Shown: positions 1-11,481 of the stretch, in pieces
Layout: each line of letters opens with the position of its first letter
Numbering within the stretch: position 1 is the first letter of the stretch
Assembly (NCBI RefSeq): GCF_004010195.1
Contig: NC_057719.1
Coordinates: 52,151,037 to 52,214,478, forward strand
DNA from: Chiloscyllium plagiosum
Taxonomy: Eukaryota
Direction: 5' to 3'
Length of the DNA stretch: 63,442 nucleotides
Position numbers and translations under genes: made by a program
The notes under the pieces: model-generated
Told to the model about the DNA's origin: nothing
Database searches by the model: none
What the model saw: the letters and a program-made list of their open reading frames with translations, nothing else

Positions 1-208
1 TGCAGTCCATGCTGCTGGGCCTACTCAAATCCACATTGTTGGGCGTACTCGAGTCCACGCTTCTGGGCCTTCTTAAGTTTGCGCTTCTGTGCCTGCTCGA
101 GTCCAGATTGCTGGGCCTACTTGAGTCTGGGCCTACTACAGTCCATGCTGCTGGACCTACTCAAGTCCACAGTTCTAGGCCTACTCGAGTCCATGCTGCT
201 GGGCCTAT
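1..208. repeat. Degenerate 24-bp minisatellite (consensus ~GAGTCCATGCTGCTGGGCCTACTC), about 8-9 units, cut by window start
   Basis: Recurring gtccatgctgctgggcctactc-like units at ~24-bp period; explains the LLGLLES repeat in ORF 9..362. Confidence 0.85.
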
Positions 209-469
209 TTCAGTCAACTCAGGGGAGTGGTGGTGGGTGTGTGTAAGAAGTGTAAAGATGTTTTCCCCACCATTGGCAAAATGCCCTTCAATAAGATTTT
301 TAGTTTTAAAGACTGCATCTGGGAGCTCTTTGCTCAGAGAATGGAATGAACTCACCTTATGAATAATTCAGGCAAATAGCACAGATTAAATTAAGTTTAG
401 ATGAGCATAAAGTCATAAGAAATAGGTGCAGTAGTAAAACATACAGATGGTAGGCCTGCACTGTTATTT

Positions 470-1752
470 AATATGGAGAGGCAATAGTCCACTGAGAAGG
501 AGGAATTAAAAGAGATTACTACTGGTAAACAGAAACACTAAATAAATCCTTAGTGCTTGATAAATTATACCTACAGGTACTGAAGGAGGCCGCCGTGGAA
601 CTAATGTATGCAACGTGCCATGATCCACTGGAGACGGCACATCTTTAATTCAAGCCCCACTGTTCCCAAGTCTCAACCAATGAAAAAAATTGATTAAAAC
701 ACCAACTTGCCCAATTTTATCTAATTATCTAAATCAGGTTACAAAAATATACACATTGGATTCATTAAATTAACAAGAAATACCTTTATTGTGAAACAAT
801 TGTCTTTAATTAATGACAAAAAAGGGAATATGAAAAAGGAATATAATTGAAACTCTATGCCTTATTAAATAACCCATCCCCTTCACATATTAAGTTTGGA
901 AGAAGAAAAACAAAATCCAGGAAACAGTTCAATAGCACTAAGGTTGATTGTATTCTTTTGCTTCCCTTTGATTCTTTATTGATGATACATGGTTGTTTTT
1001 AAACTAATACTCATTTTTTCATTCACCGGTTGAGAATTCATCCTTTCAATATCTCTTAAGGTTTTTAATTATTCCTTCAACAGGAATTTTGCAGAGGCAA
1101 CACTTTACAAATGTAAGAGGAAGTTAGCTGGTTGTTACTGGAGACTTTCTGGTACATCTCTAAACATGAGAAAGAGAGAGAGAGAGAAATAGATTATTTG
1201 ATGATTCCTCCATGCACAATGGATGTTTTCTTTACTTCACTTTTTCCTCACAAGCCTGGTCAGGAGCAACTAAAATGTTGTCATTAAGCAATTCTCCTTT
1301 GGTTCATAATACCTTTGCTCCATTGTGTCTGCCTTTGCTCTAATGGTTCCAGGAAAGGCAGAACTATCTGCAACTGACAATGTGCTACAGTAAACATGAT
1401 CTTTAAAGCTTCAACCATCTCCTTAAATAGTATTCTTGGTTTAAAGCAGTATCTTTCTTTATGTCACAATCTGAAAAGAAGGAAATGAGAATATGTGATC
1501 TTTACAATCAGTTGGCATCTCCAAAACTCTCTAAATTCTGAAAGAGTTCTGGCAGATTAGAAGCTGGCAAATGTAACATTACTACTTTAAAAAAGCGCTG
1601 GGAAGGGAGATAACTAGGAATTATCGACCAGTTAACTCAGCATAAGTAGGAGTAAAATGCTAACATTTATCATAAAAGATATAATAAAAAGGACATTTAG
1701 AAAACAAAATCAATGGGGTTAGACAAATTAAGTGTATGTTTCTGAAGGGGAA
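470..1752 (+). mobile_element. Old CR1 LINE ORF2 fragment, split by an insertion at ~616-1506
   Basis: 540-612 reads as decayed K-S-x-x-x-D-x-L-Y-x-Q-V-L-K-E-A-A-V-E. From ~1510 it continues with V-L-A-D-*-K-L-A-N-V-T and G-N-Y-R-P-V, colinear with CR1 RT N-terminal motifs seen elsewhere in this window. Confidence 0.7.
616..1506. mobile_element. Possible solo LTR inserted in CR1
   Basis: ~890-bp non-coding block interrupting a CR1. It begins TGCCATGATC and ends GATCTTTACA (imperfect TG...CA inverted termini), with AATAAA on the minus strand near 785. No clear TSD. Confidence 0.4.
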
Positions 1753-2755
1753 ATATAGGAATATAGAAGATATCAACAAAAATGTGCCATTCTATCCCTG
1801 CGCCTGCTCTGCCATTCAATCTGACCATGGCTGATCATTGAACTCAATACCTTCATTCCACTCTTCCAACGTATCTCTTAATCCCTTTAACCACAAGAGC
1901 TATGTCTATCTCCTTCTTGAAAACACATCATGTTTTGGCCTCAACCATTTTCTGTGATAATGAATTCCACAGGCTCACCACTCTCTAGGTGAAAATAACT
2001 CTCTTCATCTTAGTTTACCCCTTATCATTAAACTAGGGCCCCTGGTTCGAGACTGTCCCACCGTTTGGAACATCCTTCTTGCATCTAATCTGTCTTGACC
2101 TATTAAAATGTTATCGGTTTCTTTGAGTGTCCCCCTCATGCATCTAAGCTTCAGTGATTACAATCCTAACAGACTCAATCTCTCTTTGTAGGCCAGCCCT
2201 GGAATCAATTTGACAAACTTTCACTGCACTCCACTATAGCAAGAACATCCTTCCTTCCTCAGATAAGGAGACCTAAACTGCACAATATTCCAGGTATGGC
2301 CGAGACAATGCCCTGCATAATTTCATAAGACATTCTTGTTCTTGTACTGAAATCCTCCCTCTATGAAAACCGATGTGTAGTTTGCTTTCTTTACTGCCTG
2401 CCATACCTGTGTGCTTCCTTTCTGCGACTGGTGCATGAGGATACCCAAGAATTGAAAATTCCCATCTCTCAATTTCTTCCCATTTAAATAATTTTCTGCC
2501 TTCCTATTTTTACTACCAAAGTGGATAACATCATGTTCATCCATATTATACTGCATCTGCCCTGTATTTGCCCGCTCACTCAGCCTGTCCAAATCGCACT
2601 GCAACATCTCGACATATTCCTCACAGTTAACCTCCCATTCAATTTTGTGTCATTTGCAAATTTGTGAGATATTACATTTAGTTCCATCATCTAAATCATT
2701 AACATATGTTGTGAATAGCTGGGGTCTTAGTACAGATCCTTACAGTACTCAATCA
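1753..2755 (-). mobile_element. 5'-truncated CR1 LINE (RT C-terminus and 3' UTR)
   Basis: ORF 2323..2607 LQCDLDRLSERANTGQMQYN..VIHFGSKNRKAENYLNG is the CR1 RT C-terminus; 3' tail (TTCTATA-like) at ~1755. Confidence 0.9.
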
Positions 2756-2764
2756 CTTGCCATT

Positions 2765-2893
2765 AATGGCAGATAGCTGTGTACAAGTTGGCTACCAAAT
2801 TTCATGCACTGCAGCACCTGAATATGTACTTTATTGCAAGAAGTTTTAAGAAATAAAGTAGATGTCATCTACATAAATAGAAGTCTTTTGTTC
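2765..2893 (+). mobile_element. Highly decayed 3' end of a Deu-domain-type SINE
   Basis: gctgtgtacaagttggctacc...tacataaatagaagtctttt resembles AmnSINE/SacSINE-type 3' tails as I recall them; not verified. Confidence 0.35.
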
Positions 2894-2932
2894 CAACCTC
2901 AAAGAGTACAAATTCAACAGCTCTGGTAGGGT

Positions 2933-3515
2933 AAAAACAATGACTGCAGATGCTGGAAACCAGATTCTGGATTAGTGGTGCTGGAAGAGCCACTCCCACA
3001 GCCACTTCTGCCCCTCACATCATCGCTGATGCCACAAGCTCAGTGACTTCCACCACCCCTACTGCCGTGTCTGCCACCACTTCCACCCCACCAGCGCCAC
3101 TCACCTGCATTCTGCTGACACGCCCCCCACAGACCCCACTGTCACTATCCCCACCCCCCAGAACCGCGAGGGGAACACTACCCCTGCTCATGACTCTACC
3201 CCCATTCCCCCCACCATCACACCCACTCCAGGTACTGGCTCCGACCCCACTCCCAGCTCCACACCCACACCAGCTCCCAGCTCCCAGCCCCCAGCCCTGC
3301 CGAGTTTTCACCATCCCTCCAGACCTCCCCCTCACTGAGGACGAACGATCAGTCCTCAGCAAAGGACTCACCTTCTCCCCACCCTCCTCTCGCTTATCTC
3401 TCCACGCTTCAGGCTCTCTGCCTTTATTCCCGATGAAGGGCTTTTGCCCGAAACGTCGATTTTGCCTGTCCTCGGATTTTGCCTGAACTGCTGTGCTCTT
3501 CCAGCACCACTAATC
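2933..3515 (+). mobile_element. Internally deleted Penelope-like element (family A) with inverted terminal arm and decayed hammerhead
   Basis: 2933-2990 is an inverted terminal arm. 2990-3375 matches the PLE ORF N-terminus at ~61615-62035 (VFTIPPDLPLTEDERSVLSKGLTF). The 3' end has ccgatgaagggcttttgcccgaaacgtc. TSD cagctctgg(t/g)agggt at 2918-2932 and 3516-3530. Confidence 0.85.
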
Positions 3516-4114
3516 CAGCTCTGGGAGGGTTGCAGGCGGTAAATAGCTAAAAGTTTTCTTTATCTTGTTTGGCATGATACTATGAGACTTCATGAGATCC
3601 AGCGTCATTGTTGAGGACTCTCAAATCTGCCTGTTCTTCTGTGAGACAGGGAGGATGTTGGAAGAACTTGGGACCTTAGTTGAAAGTTATAATTCGGTGA
3701 GCATGACAATGTCAACTCATATAATGGAAATGCTTATCAGTATAAGTAGCATCTTTAGAGAGAAACAGAGTTGACATTGTTGCTTCATAGGCTTTGAATC
3801 ATCAACATGAAACTTTTCCTCCTGCATTTTCTGTTTTATTTCAGATATCCAGGAGGTATGATGTATTGTTTTCTTAATAAGATCAGTCTGTTGCTTGACT
3901 CAGCTGTAGAATAATTATGACACAAGTCTCTAGATCCAAATGTAGATGGTTTTGCAGTGTCAATTTGGCTGAATGTGCCCTTGTAGTGTCCCCTCCCTGG
4001 GTGAATGCCAGCTAATTCAGCTTTAATCTTGTTTGACGTTTTCTTAGCAATTTGATTAACTGAGCGTTTAGCTAGGCTTTTGCAGGGGGCAGTTAGAAGG
4101 CAGCCTTGTTGTTG

Positions 4115-4360
4115 CTGATCTGAAGCCACATATAGGCCAGAACAGATAAAGTCTTCCTTCTCTTGAAAGAAGTCTGTGAACTAGATGAGTTTTTATAAAA
4201 ATCTGGTAGTTTCATGATTAGCAGTAGTTAATATCAGCTTTTCATTCCAGAGTTAATTATTTAACAGGAACTTATTTTGCCAGCTTTTGGGGTGAATTTG
4301 ATTTCCTGTATCTGAATTATTTAGTCCAAGCCTTTGGATTTAAGCCCTGTGATGCTGTAA
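4115..4360 (-). mobile_element. Old tRNA-derived SINE fragment (same family as 30610-30855)
   Basis: Shares the motifs catataggccagac/aacag, gtttcatg and tggatt in the same order with 30610-30855. Confidence 0.55.
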
Positions 4361-5173
4361 CCCTGTCCTGCACAGTTTCAATTGGATAATGTACCTGAAT
4401 AATTCCACTGTTTTGCTGACCCACTCTAACTATCTAAAGACATTTGAAGGTGCCAGTTCCAAAATCCTTCAGTTGAAAGCTTTAGGATAAATGGTGTGCT
4501 TCTGAGAGGTTAAGATTGATAACTTCCAATCCCAATGAAGAGACCAATTTTTCTTTGAGACACTGACAAGCTGTCACATGGATTGAAAAGCTGACGGTTG
4601 ATAGGTTTGATTTTGAATACATCTTGCAGAGCACTGATTGCAGTTTTATGAACTTTAGTATGTGTAGAGCTAGCAAATAATAAATTATGAACCTCTGCAG
4701 TGAGCTGCAGTGTGACTATAAACTCAGTAGTTATGTGCTAACGCTCGGCTTGGAGGAAGGAATCTGTTGGAAGATGTTACTACAATGTGACATTTGCTGT
4801 GCTTTGACTGATTATTACAAGCAATAACGATTTTCAGTATCCGCAGTTCTTTGTTTTTTTTCGTTTAATGTTTTAAATGTCCCTCTTCAATCAATTAACA
4901 GATATCTATTAATCAATTAATTAAGTGACCATTCTGTTTATAGTACCAGCTGAAGAAACATCTAGGCTCAAAGAGGCTATATACTTAACTGCAGAAGAAT
5001 GAAATTGAACAGCCTGCAGTTCAGCAAATGTTTAGCTATATCAGACCTATAGAAAGAGTGAAACACTGCAACAGGTTCCCTAAATTCTGTTAATAAAAGT
5101 TCCATTTTCTCCCATTTGTGCAGATGCCAAACACTGTTACAGAAACGCAGTGCATTTTTGCCAGCATTAGCAG

Positions 5174-6590
5174 CATAGAGTCAAAGAGTCATAGAGATGT
5201 ACAGCATGGAAACAGACCCTTCGGTCCAATCTGTCCATGCCGACCAGATATCCCAACCCAATCTAGTCCCACCTGCCAGTACCCGGCCCATATCCCTACA
5301 AACCCTTCCTAATTATAAACTCATCCAAATGCCTCTTAAATGTTGCAATTGTACCAGCCTCAACCACATCCTCTGGCAGCTCATTCCATACATGGAAACA
5401 TCCTCCGCGTGAAAAAGTTGCCCCTTAGGTCTCTTTTATATCTTTCCCCTCTCACCTTAAACCTATGCTCTCTAGTTCTGGACTCCCCGGCCCCAGGGAA
5501 AAGACTTTGTCTATTTATCCTATCCATGCCCCTCATAATTTTGTAAACCTCTATAAGGTCACCCCNNNNNNNNNNNNNNNNNNNNNNNNNNNNNNNNNNN
5601 NNNNNNNNNNNNNNNNNNNNNNNNNNNNNNNNNNNNNNNNNNNNNNNNNNNNNNNNNNNNNNNNNNNNNNNNNNNNNNNNNNNNNNNNNNNNNNNNNNNN
5701 NNNNNNNNNNNNNNNNNNNNNNNNNNNNNNNNNNNNNNNNNNNNNNNNNNNNNNNNNNNATTTGCTTTCCCAAAATGCAGCACCTCACATTTATCTGAAT
5801 TAAACTCCATCTGCCACTTCTCAGCCCATTCGCTCATCTGGTCAAAATCCTGTTGTAATCTGAGGTAACCCTCTTCGCTGTCCACTACACCTCCAATTTT
5901 GGAGTCATCTGCAAACTTACTAACTGTACCTCTTATGCTCACATCCAAATCATTTATGTAAATGATATAAAGTAGAGGACCCAGCACCAATCCTTGTGGC
6001 ATTCCACTGGTCACAGGCCTCCAGTCTGAAAAACAACCCTCCACCACCACCCTCTGTCTTCTACCTTTTGAGCCAGTTCTGTATTCAAATGGCTAATTCT
6101 CCCTATATTCCATGAGATCTAACCTTGCTAATCAATCTCCCATGGGGAACCTTGTCGAACCCCTTGCTGAAGTCCATGTAGATCACATCTACTGCTGTGC
6201 CCTCATCAATCATCTTTGTTACTTCTTCAAAAAACTCAATTAAGTTTGTGAGACATGATTTCCCACGCACAAAGCCATGTTGACTATCCCTAATCAGTCC
6301 TTGCCTTTCCAAATACATATACGTCCTGTCCTTCAGGATTCCCGCCAACAACTTGCCCACCACTGAGGTCAGGCTCACTGGTCTATAGTTCCCTGGTTTG
6401 TCTTTACCGCCCTTGTTAAACAGTTGCAACACATTTGCCAACCTCCAGTCTTCTGGCACCTCACCTGTGACTATCGATGATACAAATATCTTAGCAAGAG
6501 GCCCAGCAATCACTTCTCTAGTTTCCCACAGAGTTCTCGGGTACACCTGATCAGGTCCTGGGGATTTATCCACTTTTAACCGTTTCAAGA
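5174..6590 (-). mobile_element. 5'-truncated CR1 LINE (HER1-like), RT and 3' UTR, with assembly gap
   Basis: ORFs 6103..6588 (DKSPGPDQVYPR..NYRPVSLTS..QHGF..DFSKGFDKVPH) and 5559..6050 (SGMPQGLVLGP..YINDL..FADD); (TATGACTC)n tail at 5174-5196. Very similar to 13731-15300. Confidence 0.95.
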
Positions 6591-6880
6591 CGGTATTGGT
6601 TTAACTGAATTATTCAATCTCACAGCAAATTACATATTAGAAGAGGTCATTTGTACTTCACTTTCAAGCCATCTGTCCCACTCCCCTTCCCTTCCTATTT
6701 TAAAGCATTTAATGCCCACTGACAGGCCTTGCCCTCCAGCTGTTGGTATTAACTCAGCAATGGGTGGGTGTGGGAGGGCTTGCCAAGCACTGATCATGTC
6801 AGGAGCCGTCAGCACTCGATGCTCAGTCGACGGATCTGACACCATGAAGGGAGACTCTGTTGAGAGATAGGCCTGTCATT

Positions 6881-7671
6881 GCTGTCAAACCCACAGCTCC
6901 ATCTTCCCTTTAACCACACACCCTTACCCCACTCCTGCCATCTCTTACTTGTGGCTTGGGATCCATGATGGACGTCATACCAGTAACAGCCACCACCACC
7001 TTCCCCTAGCTCTGCTGCTGTTCAATAGAACGGTTGGCCTCTGATATCCTTGTAGGAGCTGGGACATCTTCCTCTATGGTCTCTAATTCAGTCGAGGATC
7101 CACCCGCATTCCAGTTAAATGCATGTGTTGCATTTCATTTCATGTGCCTTTCTCACAGTATTGGATGTTCTATCTGGCTCTCCAGCAGGTTTTCGATCTT
7201 TCACAGAACTCTATCTTATTTCCTTTACACTACTTTCATGTGACAACTATTCAGGATCTTGCCAATTACTCTTCCTCTTTCAATTCTCTATTTCTTGAAG
7301 ATTCCTTTAGGCCTTCCACTTTTTGCCACCTCTATCATAGGCGTCCTCTTCTTCCTCCTCCTATGCTCCCTTGCTTTTGTTTGTTCAAAATGCTTCTAAC
7401 TTTTCTCAGTTCTGATGAAGGCCACAGATCTGAAATATTACAGAGAATTTTCTGGCCCTATTTGATGCTACAGAAATAATGGCCAGCCCGCCACCACAGC
7501 TGTTAATACCAACAGCTGTCAAACCCACAGCTCCATCTTCCCTTTAACCACACACCCTTACCCCACTCCTGCCATCTCTTACTTGTGGCTTGGGATCCTT
7601 CATGGACGTCATACCAATAACAGCCACCACCACCTTCCCCTAGCTCTGCTGCTGTTCAATAGAACGGTTGG
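6881..7671. repeat. 157-bp direct repeat (6881-7037 and 7515-7671)
   Basis: gctgtcaaacccacag...aatagaacggttgg occurs twice with only a few substitutions; the second copy abuts a SINE. Confidence 0.95.
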
Positions 7672-7983
7672 TGGCACGATGGCACAGTGGTTAGCACTGC
7701 TGCCTCACAGCGCCAGAGACCCGGGTTCAATTCCCGACTCAGGCGACTGACTGTGTGGAATTTGCACATTCTCCCCGTGTCTGCGTGGGTTTCCTCCGGG
7801 TGCTCCGGTTTCCTCCCACAATCCAAAAATGTGCGGGTCAGGTGAATTGGCCATGCTAAATTGCCCGTAGTGTTAGGTTAAAGGGGTAAATGTAGGGGTA
7901 TGGGTGGGTTGCGCTTCGGCGGGTCGGTGTGGACTTGTTGGGCCGAAGGGCCTGTTTCCACACTGTAAGTAATCTAATCTAAC
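7670..7983 (+). mobile_element. HE1-like (V-domain) tRNA-derived SINE, young copy
   Basis: A box TGGCACAGTGG, B box GGTTCAATTCC, V core tgtgtggaatttgcacattctccccgtgtctgcgtgggtttcctccggg, CR1-like tail gggccgaagggcctgtttcc..(TAATC)n; CpGs retained. Confidence 0.92.
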
Positions 7984-8243
7984 CATTCTGCTCACCCTAG
8001 ATCCCTTGTTATAATTGGGAAGTGAGTAAGGTGTCAGCTGTCTACCAGCCCTTAAACAGATTGAGGCTTTTAAATTCCAAAAATAGACCACGTTAGGATT
8101 GCAGTCAGCTTTTCTGCAAGAATATACTGGATGGGGAAAGGGGGAAGAATTGTGGTTTGTCTGCAACCTTAACAGCTCAGGCTAAAAGACAGGGAGAAAG
8201 ACAGGGCACCTCCCTTTGAGGAGTGAATAGCATGTGACAAACA

Positions 8244-8362
8244 TGATTTGGAGGTGCCAAAGTCAGAGGTCACATGACACCAGGTGAACTTTACCTGAGG
8301 AAGGAGCAGTGCTCCAAAAGCTTGTGTTTTCAAATAACCTGGTGTTGTGTGACATCTGACTC
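8244..8362 (+). mobile_element. Miniature fold-back PLE derivative (family B) with decayed hammerhead
   Basis: Inverted arm gtcagaggtcacatgacaccagg / cctggtgttgtgtgacatctgac; core cctgaggaaggagcagtgctccaaaagc; 11-bp TSD tgtgacaaaca at 8233-8243 and 8363-8373. Confidence 0.8.
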
Positions 8363-8554
8363 TGTGACAAACAGAGGAAGAGCCATCCCAACATAGTGTG
8401 GCCATTTTGTGATTTCTCGATGGAAGCCTCTAAAATCTGACTCACTACCCCACACCTTCCAATCACTAGGGTCTCCAATTCCTCCACTGTCAAAGTCCCA
8501 AACCTGCCTTCAAATCCAGAAACTGTCATCCTCCTCTCGGGACTCCTTGCAGTC

Positions 8555-9790
8555 AAAGCATAGGGCCCTTTATCTGAATGCATGCAGCATTTGTAAAAGA
8601 AAGATGAGTTGTTATTACAAATAGAAATACATGAATACGATAATTGCAGAGTTATCAAGACTAGGAACTCAATATTCAACAGTATTTGGTGTTCCCGAAG
8701 AAGAGGCAAAATGGAAAAAAGGAGTTGGGCTAGTTTTGCTAATGAAGGATAGTAACATTGCAGTGGTGATTAGAGGTATAGGTATAGTGATGTGGTAATA
8801 AGAAAAAGCAAGGGAAAGAAATTATGGGGAGGAGTTATTTATTGTCCTCTGAAGCGTTGTTTCACTGTAGGACAAAATGTAAGTTAGGAAATAATAAGGA
8901 ATGGAAGAAGGCCAATGCAATTGTGATGAGTGATTTCAGTCTGCATATTTATTGCACAAGTCAGATTTGCAAGGGTAATATGTAAGTCAGGAATGTGGTG
9001 CTGAAAAAGCACAACAGGTCAGGCAGCATCCGAGGACCAGGAGATTTGATGTTTCGTACATAAGCCCTTTATCACGAATTCCTGATGAAGGGCTTATGCC
9101 CAAAACATCAATTCTCCTGCTCCTCATATGCTGCCTGACCTGCTATGCTTTTCCAGCACCACACTCTCGACTCTGATCCTCAGCAGCTGTAGCCCTCTCC
9201 TTCTCCAAGGGTAATATGGAAGACTAATTTGTAGAATGCACCTAAGATTGTTTTTGTTCAGACCAATATGTTATAAAACCTACCCAGGAACAGGCTATTA
9301 TTAGACTTAGTCATGTGCAATCAGTTAGATTCGGTAAGAGATCTCATGGTTAAGGATCCTACAGAGGGTAGTGATCATAACCTGGTAACATTACACTTTC
9401 AGGTTGAGGAAAGGCAACTTGTGTAGACTAATGTCTTCAAGTTAAATGAGGGCAATTACAGAGAACTGAGTTGTCAAAAACAGTCTGGAAAAATAGGTTA
9501 AGGGGAAAGTCAGTGGATGAGTGATGGGAGACATTAGAGCAGATATTTCATAACAACCAGCAAAAATCTATTCTGGTCAAAAAGGAGGCTTGGTGAGAAA
9601 GATGAATTATCTATGGTTAACACAGGTGGTTGAGGAGAGTATCCAAGCAAAAATGAAGGCATAACAAACAGTGCAAACTAGTGGTAGGCCAGAAGATTGA
9701 GAATTTTTTCGGAACCAGCAGTGGGTAACTCAAAAGCTCATAAAGTGGGCAATAGTCGATTATGAAAATAAATTTGCTACAAATATCGGG
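8555..9790 (+). mobile_element. Old CR1 ORF2 endonuclease-region fragment
   Basis: Decayed AP-endonuclease motifs LYLNACSI, VMSDFSL, LDLVMCN and GSDHN; interrupted by the palindrome at 8983-9205. Confidence 0.75.
8983..9205 (+). mobile_element. Palindromic PLE derivative (family A) with two opposed hammerhead motifs
   Basis: ~90-bp arms centred on GAATTC (9076-9081); right arm has cctgatgaagggcttatgcccaaaacatc; 13-bp TSD caagggtaatatg at 8970-8982 and 9206-9218. Confidence 0.9.
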
Positions 9791-10380
9791 CCAAATCCTA
9801 CTTTATATGGCTATCAGTCTTGTCGCGTTTAATGCAGTTTCACATTTTGAGTTCTCTCAATACATCTTGTCAAACTTGTCTCACTAACTACTTACAACCT
9901 GGACCCCTACCCATGCCACCTTTCCTGTCTACCTCTAGCCCCATTCCACCACTCAACATACCCACAACAGTTCACAACTACCGGCATTTCCCAGAATGCA
10001 CCAACTCAATCATTAACAGCACATGGTGATCCCAGGAGTGCTATTAATCCTAAACTGCCCTGCATCATTCTGACACTTGCCTTGGGCATGGTAGATAAGA
10101 GACAGTTAGTATTTTGCTTTTCATGCAGTCCTGCAGCTTAGCCAATCAGATTGTGCTGAGGCAAGATGTCTTTGTCCTCTAGGACAAACAAATGAGGTTA
10201 TGATACCTGATCATGCCAGTCAAGTCTGATATTGCCACCCAGGTCAATACAGTCATCTGGAAGAATACAAGACAATGTAGAAAGAAGGTTGATGACCCAA
10301 CAAGTACAAGACAGAAGGATCGTTATTGTGAGGGGGTTGGAGTTTAAAAATTGGGAAGTCTTGTTCCAACTATGTGGGGC

Positions 10381-11345
10381 TTTTATTTGTTGACTTATTG
10401 TTGTCACATGTACCAGTATTGTTTTCTGGGCTGTACAGGCAGAGCGTATCACACAAAATGCATCAGGGTAGCAGAACAGCGTACAGAATGCAGCGTTACA
10501 GCTACAGAAAAGGTGTAGAGAGAGATCAACATTAACATTTGAGAGGTGCATTCAAAAGTCTGATAACAGCAGGGAAGAAGCAGCTCTCGAATCTGTTCAT
10601 TTGTGTATTCAAACTTTTATATCTTCTGCCTGGTGGAAGAGGTGATGATGTGGAGGTGCTGGTATTGGACTGTGGTGGACTAAGTTAAAAATCAAACAAC
10701 TCAGGCTAGTTTGGGCTGCATTCATGACTCTTGTTTCTTGTGGGCTTGAGAAGAGCAGTTACCATGCCATGCTGTGACGCATCCAGATAGGATGCTTTCT
10801 ATGTGCAACTATTTATTTTTGTGGTAATGCAAAATTTCCTTAGCCTCCTGAGGAAGTAGAAACACTGATGTACTTTCTTGGCCATTGTGTTGATGTGAGG
10901 GGACCAGGACAGATTGTTGGTGATCATTACTCCCAGGTAATGATGCTCTTGACCACTCCATCTCAGCACCATTGATGCAGACAGGGGTGTGCCCTCCACT
11001 CCCCTTCCTGAAATCAATGACCAGCTCCTTCATTTTGCTGACATTGACAGAGAGATTGTTGGCTTTACACCATGTCACGAAGCACTCAAACTCTTTGCTG
11101 TATTGTCTTGTCCTTGTTTGAGATCTGACCTACAATGGTAGTATCATCAGCAAACTTGAAAATAGGCTTGGGATGGAACTTGGCAACACAGTCGTGAGTG
11201 TATACAGTCTATAGTCGGGGGCTGAGTGCATAGCCTTGTGGGGCACCGGTGTTGACGATTATCCTGAAGGAGGTGTTGTCGCCTATTCTTATTGATTTTG
11301 GTCTATGGATCAGGAAGTTGATAATCCAGTTACAGAAGTGGGAAG
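10381..11345 (-). mobile_element. Rex1/Babar-like non-LTR retrotransposon RT 3' fragment
   Basis: WCKANNLSVNVSKMKELVIDFRK..HTPVCING and LGVMITNNLSWSPHINTMAKKVHQCFYFLRRLRKF; upstream GAPQGYALSP and KFADDTT motifs. Confidence 0.85.
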
Positions 11346-11384
11346 CTTGGAGGTTGCTGGGGTGTTGTCAGTGAGGCTGCACAT

Positions 11385-11481
11385 GAAGCATTCCTGATGA
11401 AGGGTTTATGCCCAAAATGTTGATTCTCCTGCTCCTCGGATGCTGACTGACCTGCTATGCTTTTCCAACACCACACTCTTG
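11385..11481 (+). mobile_element. PLE family A terminal fragment with decayed hammerhead
   Basis: attcctgatgaagggtttatgcccaaaatgttgattctcctgctcctcggatgctg matches the family A end. Confidence 0.8.

Noticed and set aside
9..362. Leu-rich 117-aa ORF
   Set aside because: By-product of the 24-bp minisatellite; no domain or splice support.
2950..3486. Pro/Thr-rich mucin-like ORF
   Set aside because: Chimeric translation of a rearranged PLE; matches 61615-62035.
7670..7745. tRNA gene (A and B boxes)
   Set aside because: It is the tRNA-derived head of a SINE that continues into the V core and LINE tail; the same applies to the other SINE heads.
8983..9205. Palindromes as DNA-transposon MITEs or miRNA precursors
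   Set aside because: Arms match PLE termini that are linked to GIY-YIG/RT sequence elsewhere in the window; TSD lengths vary and the arms are asymmetric, unlike cut-and-paste TIR elements.
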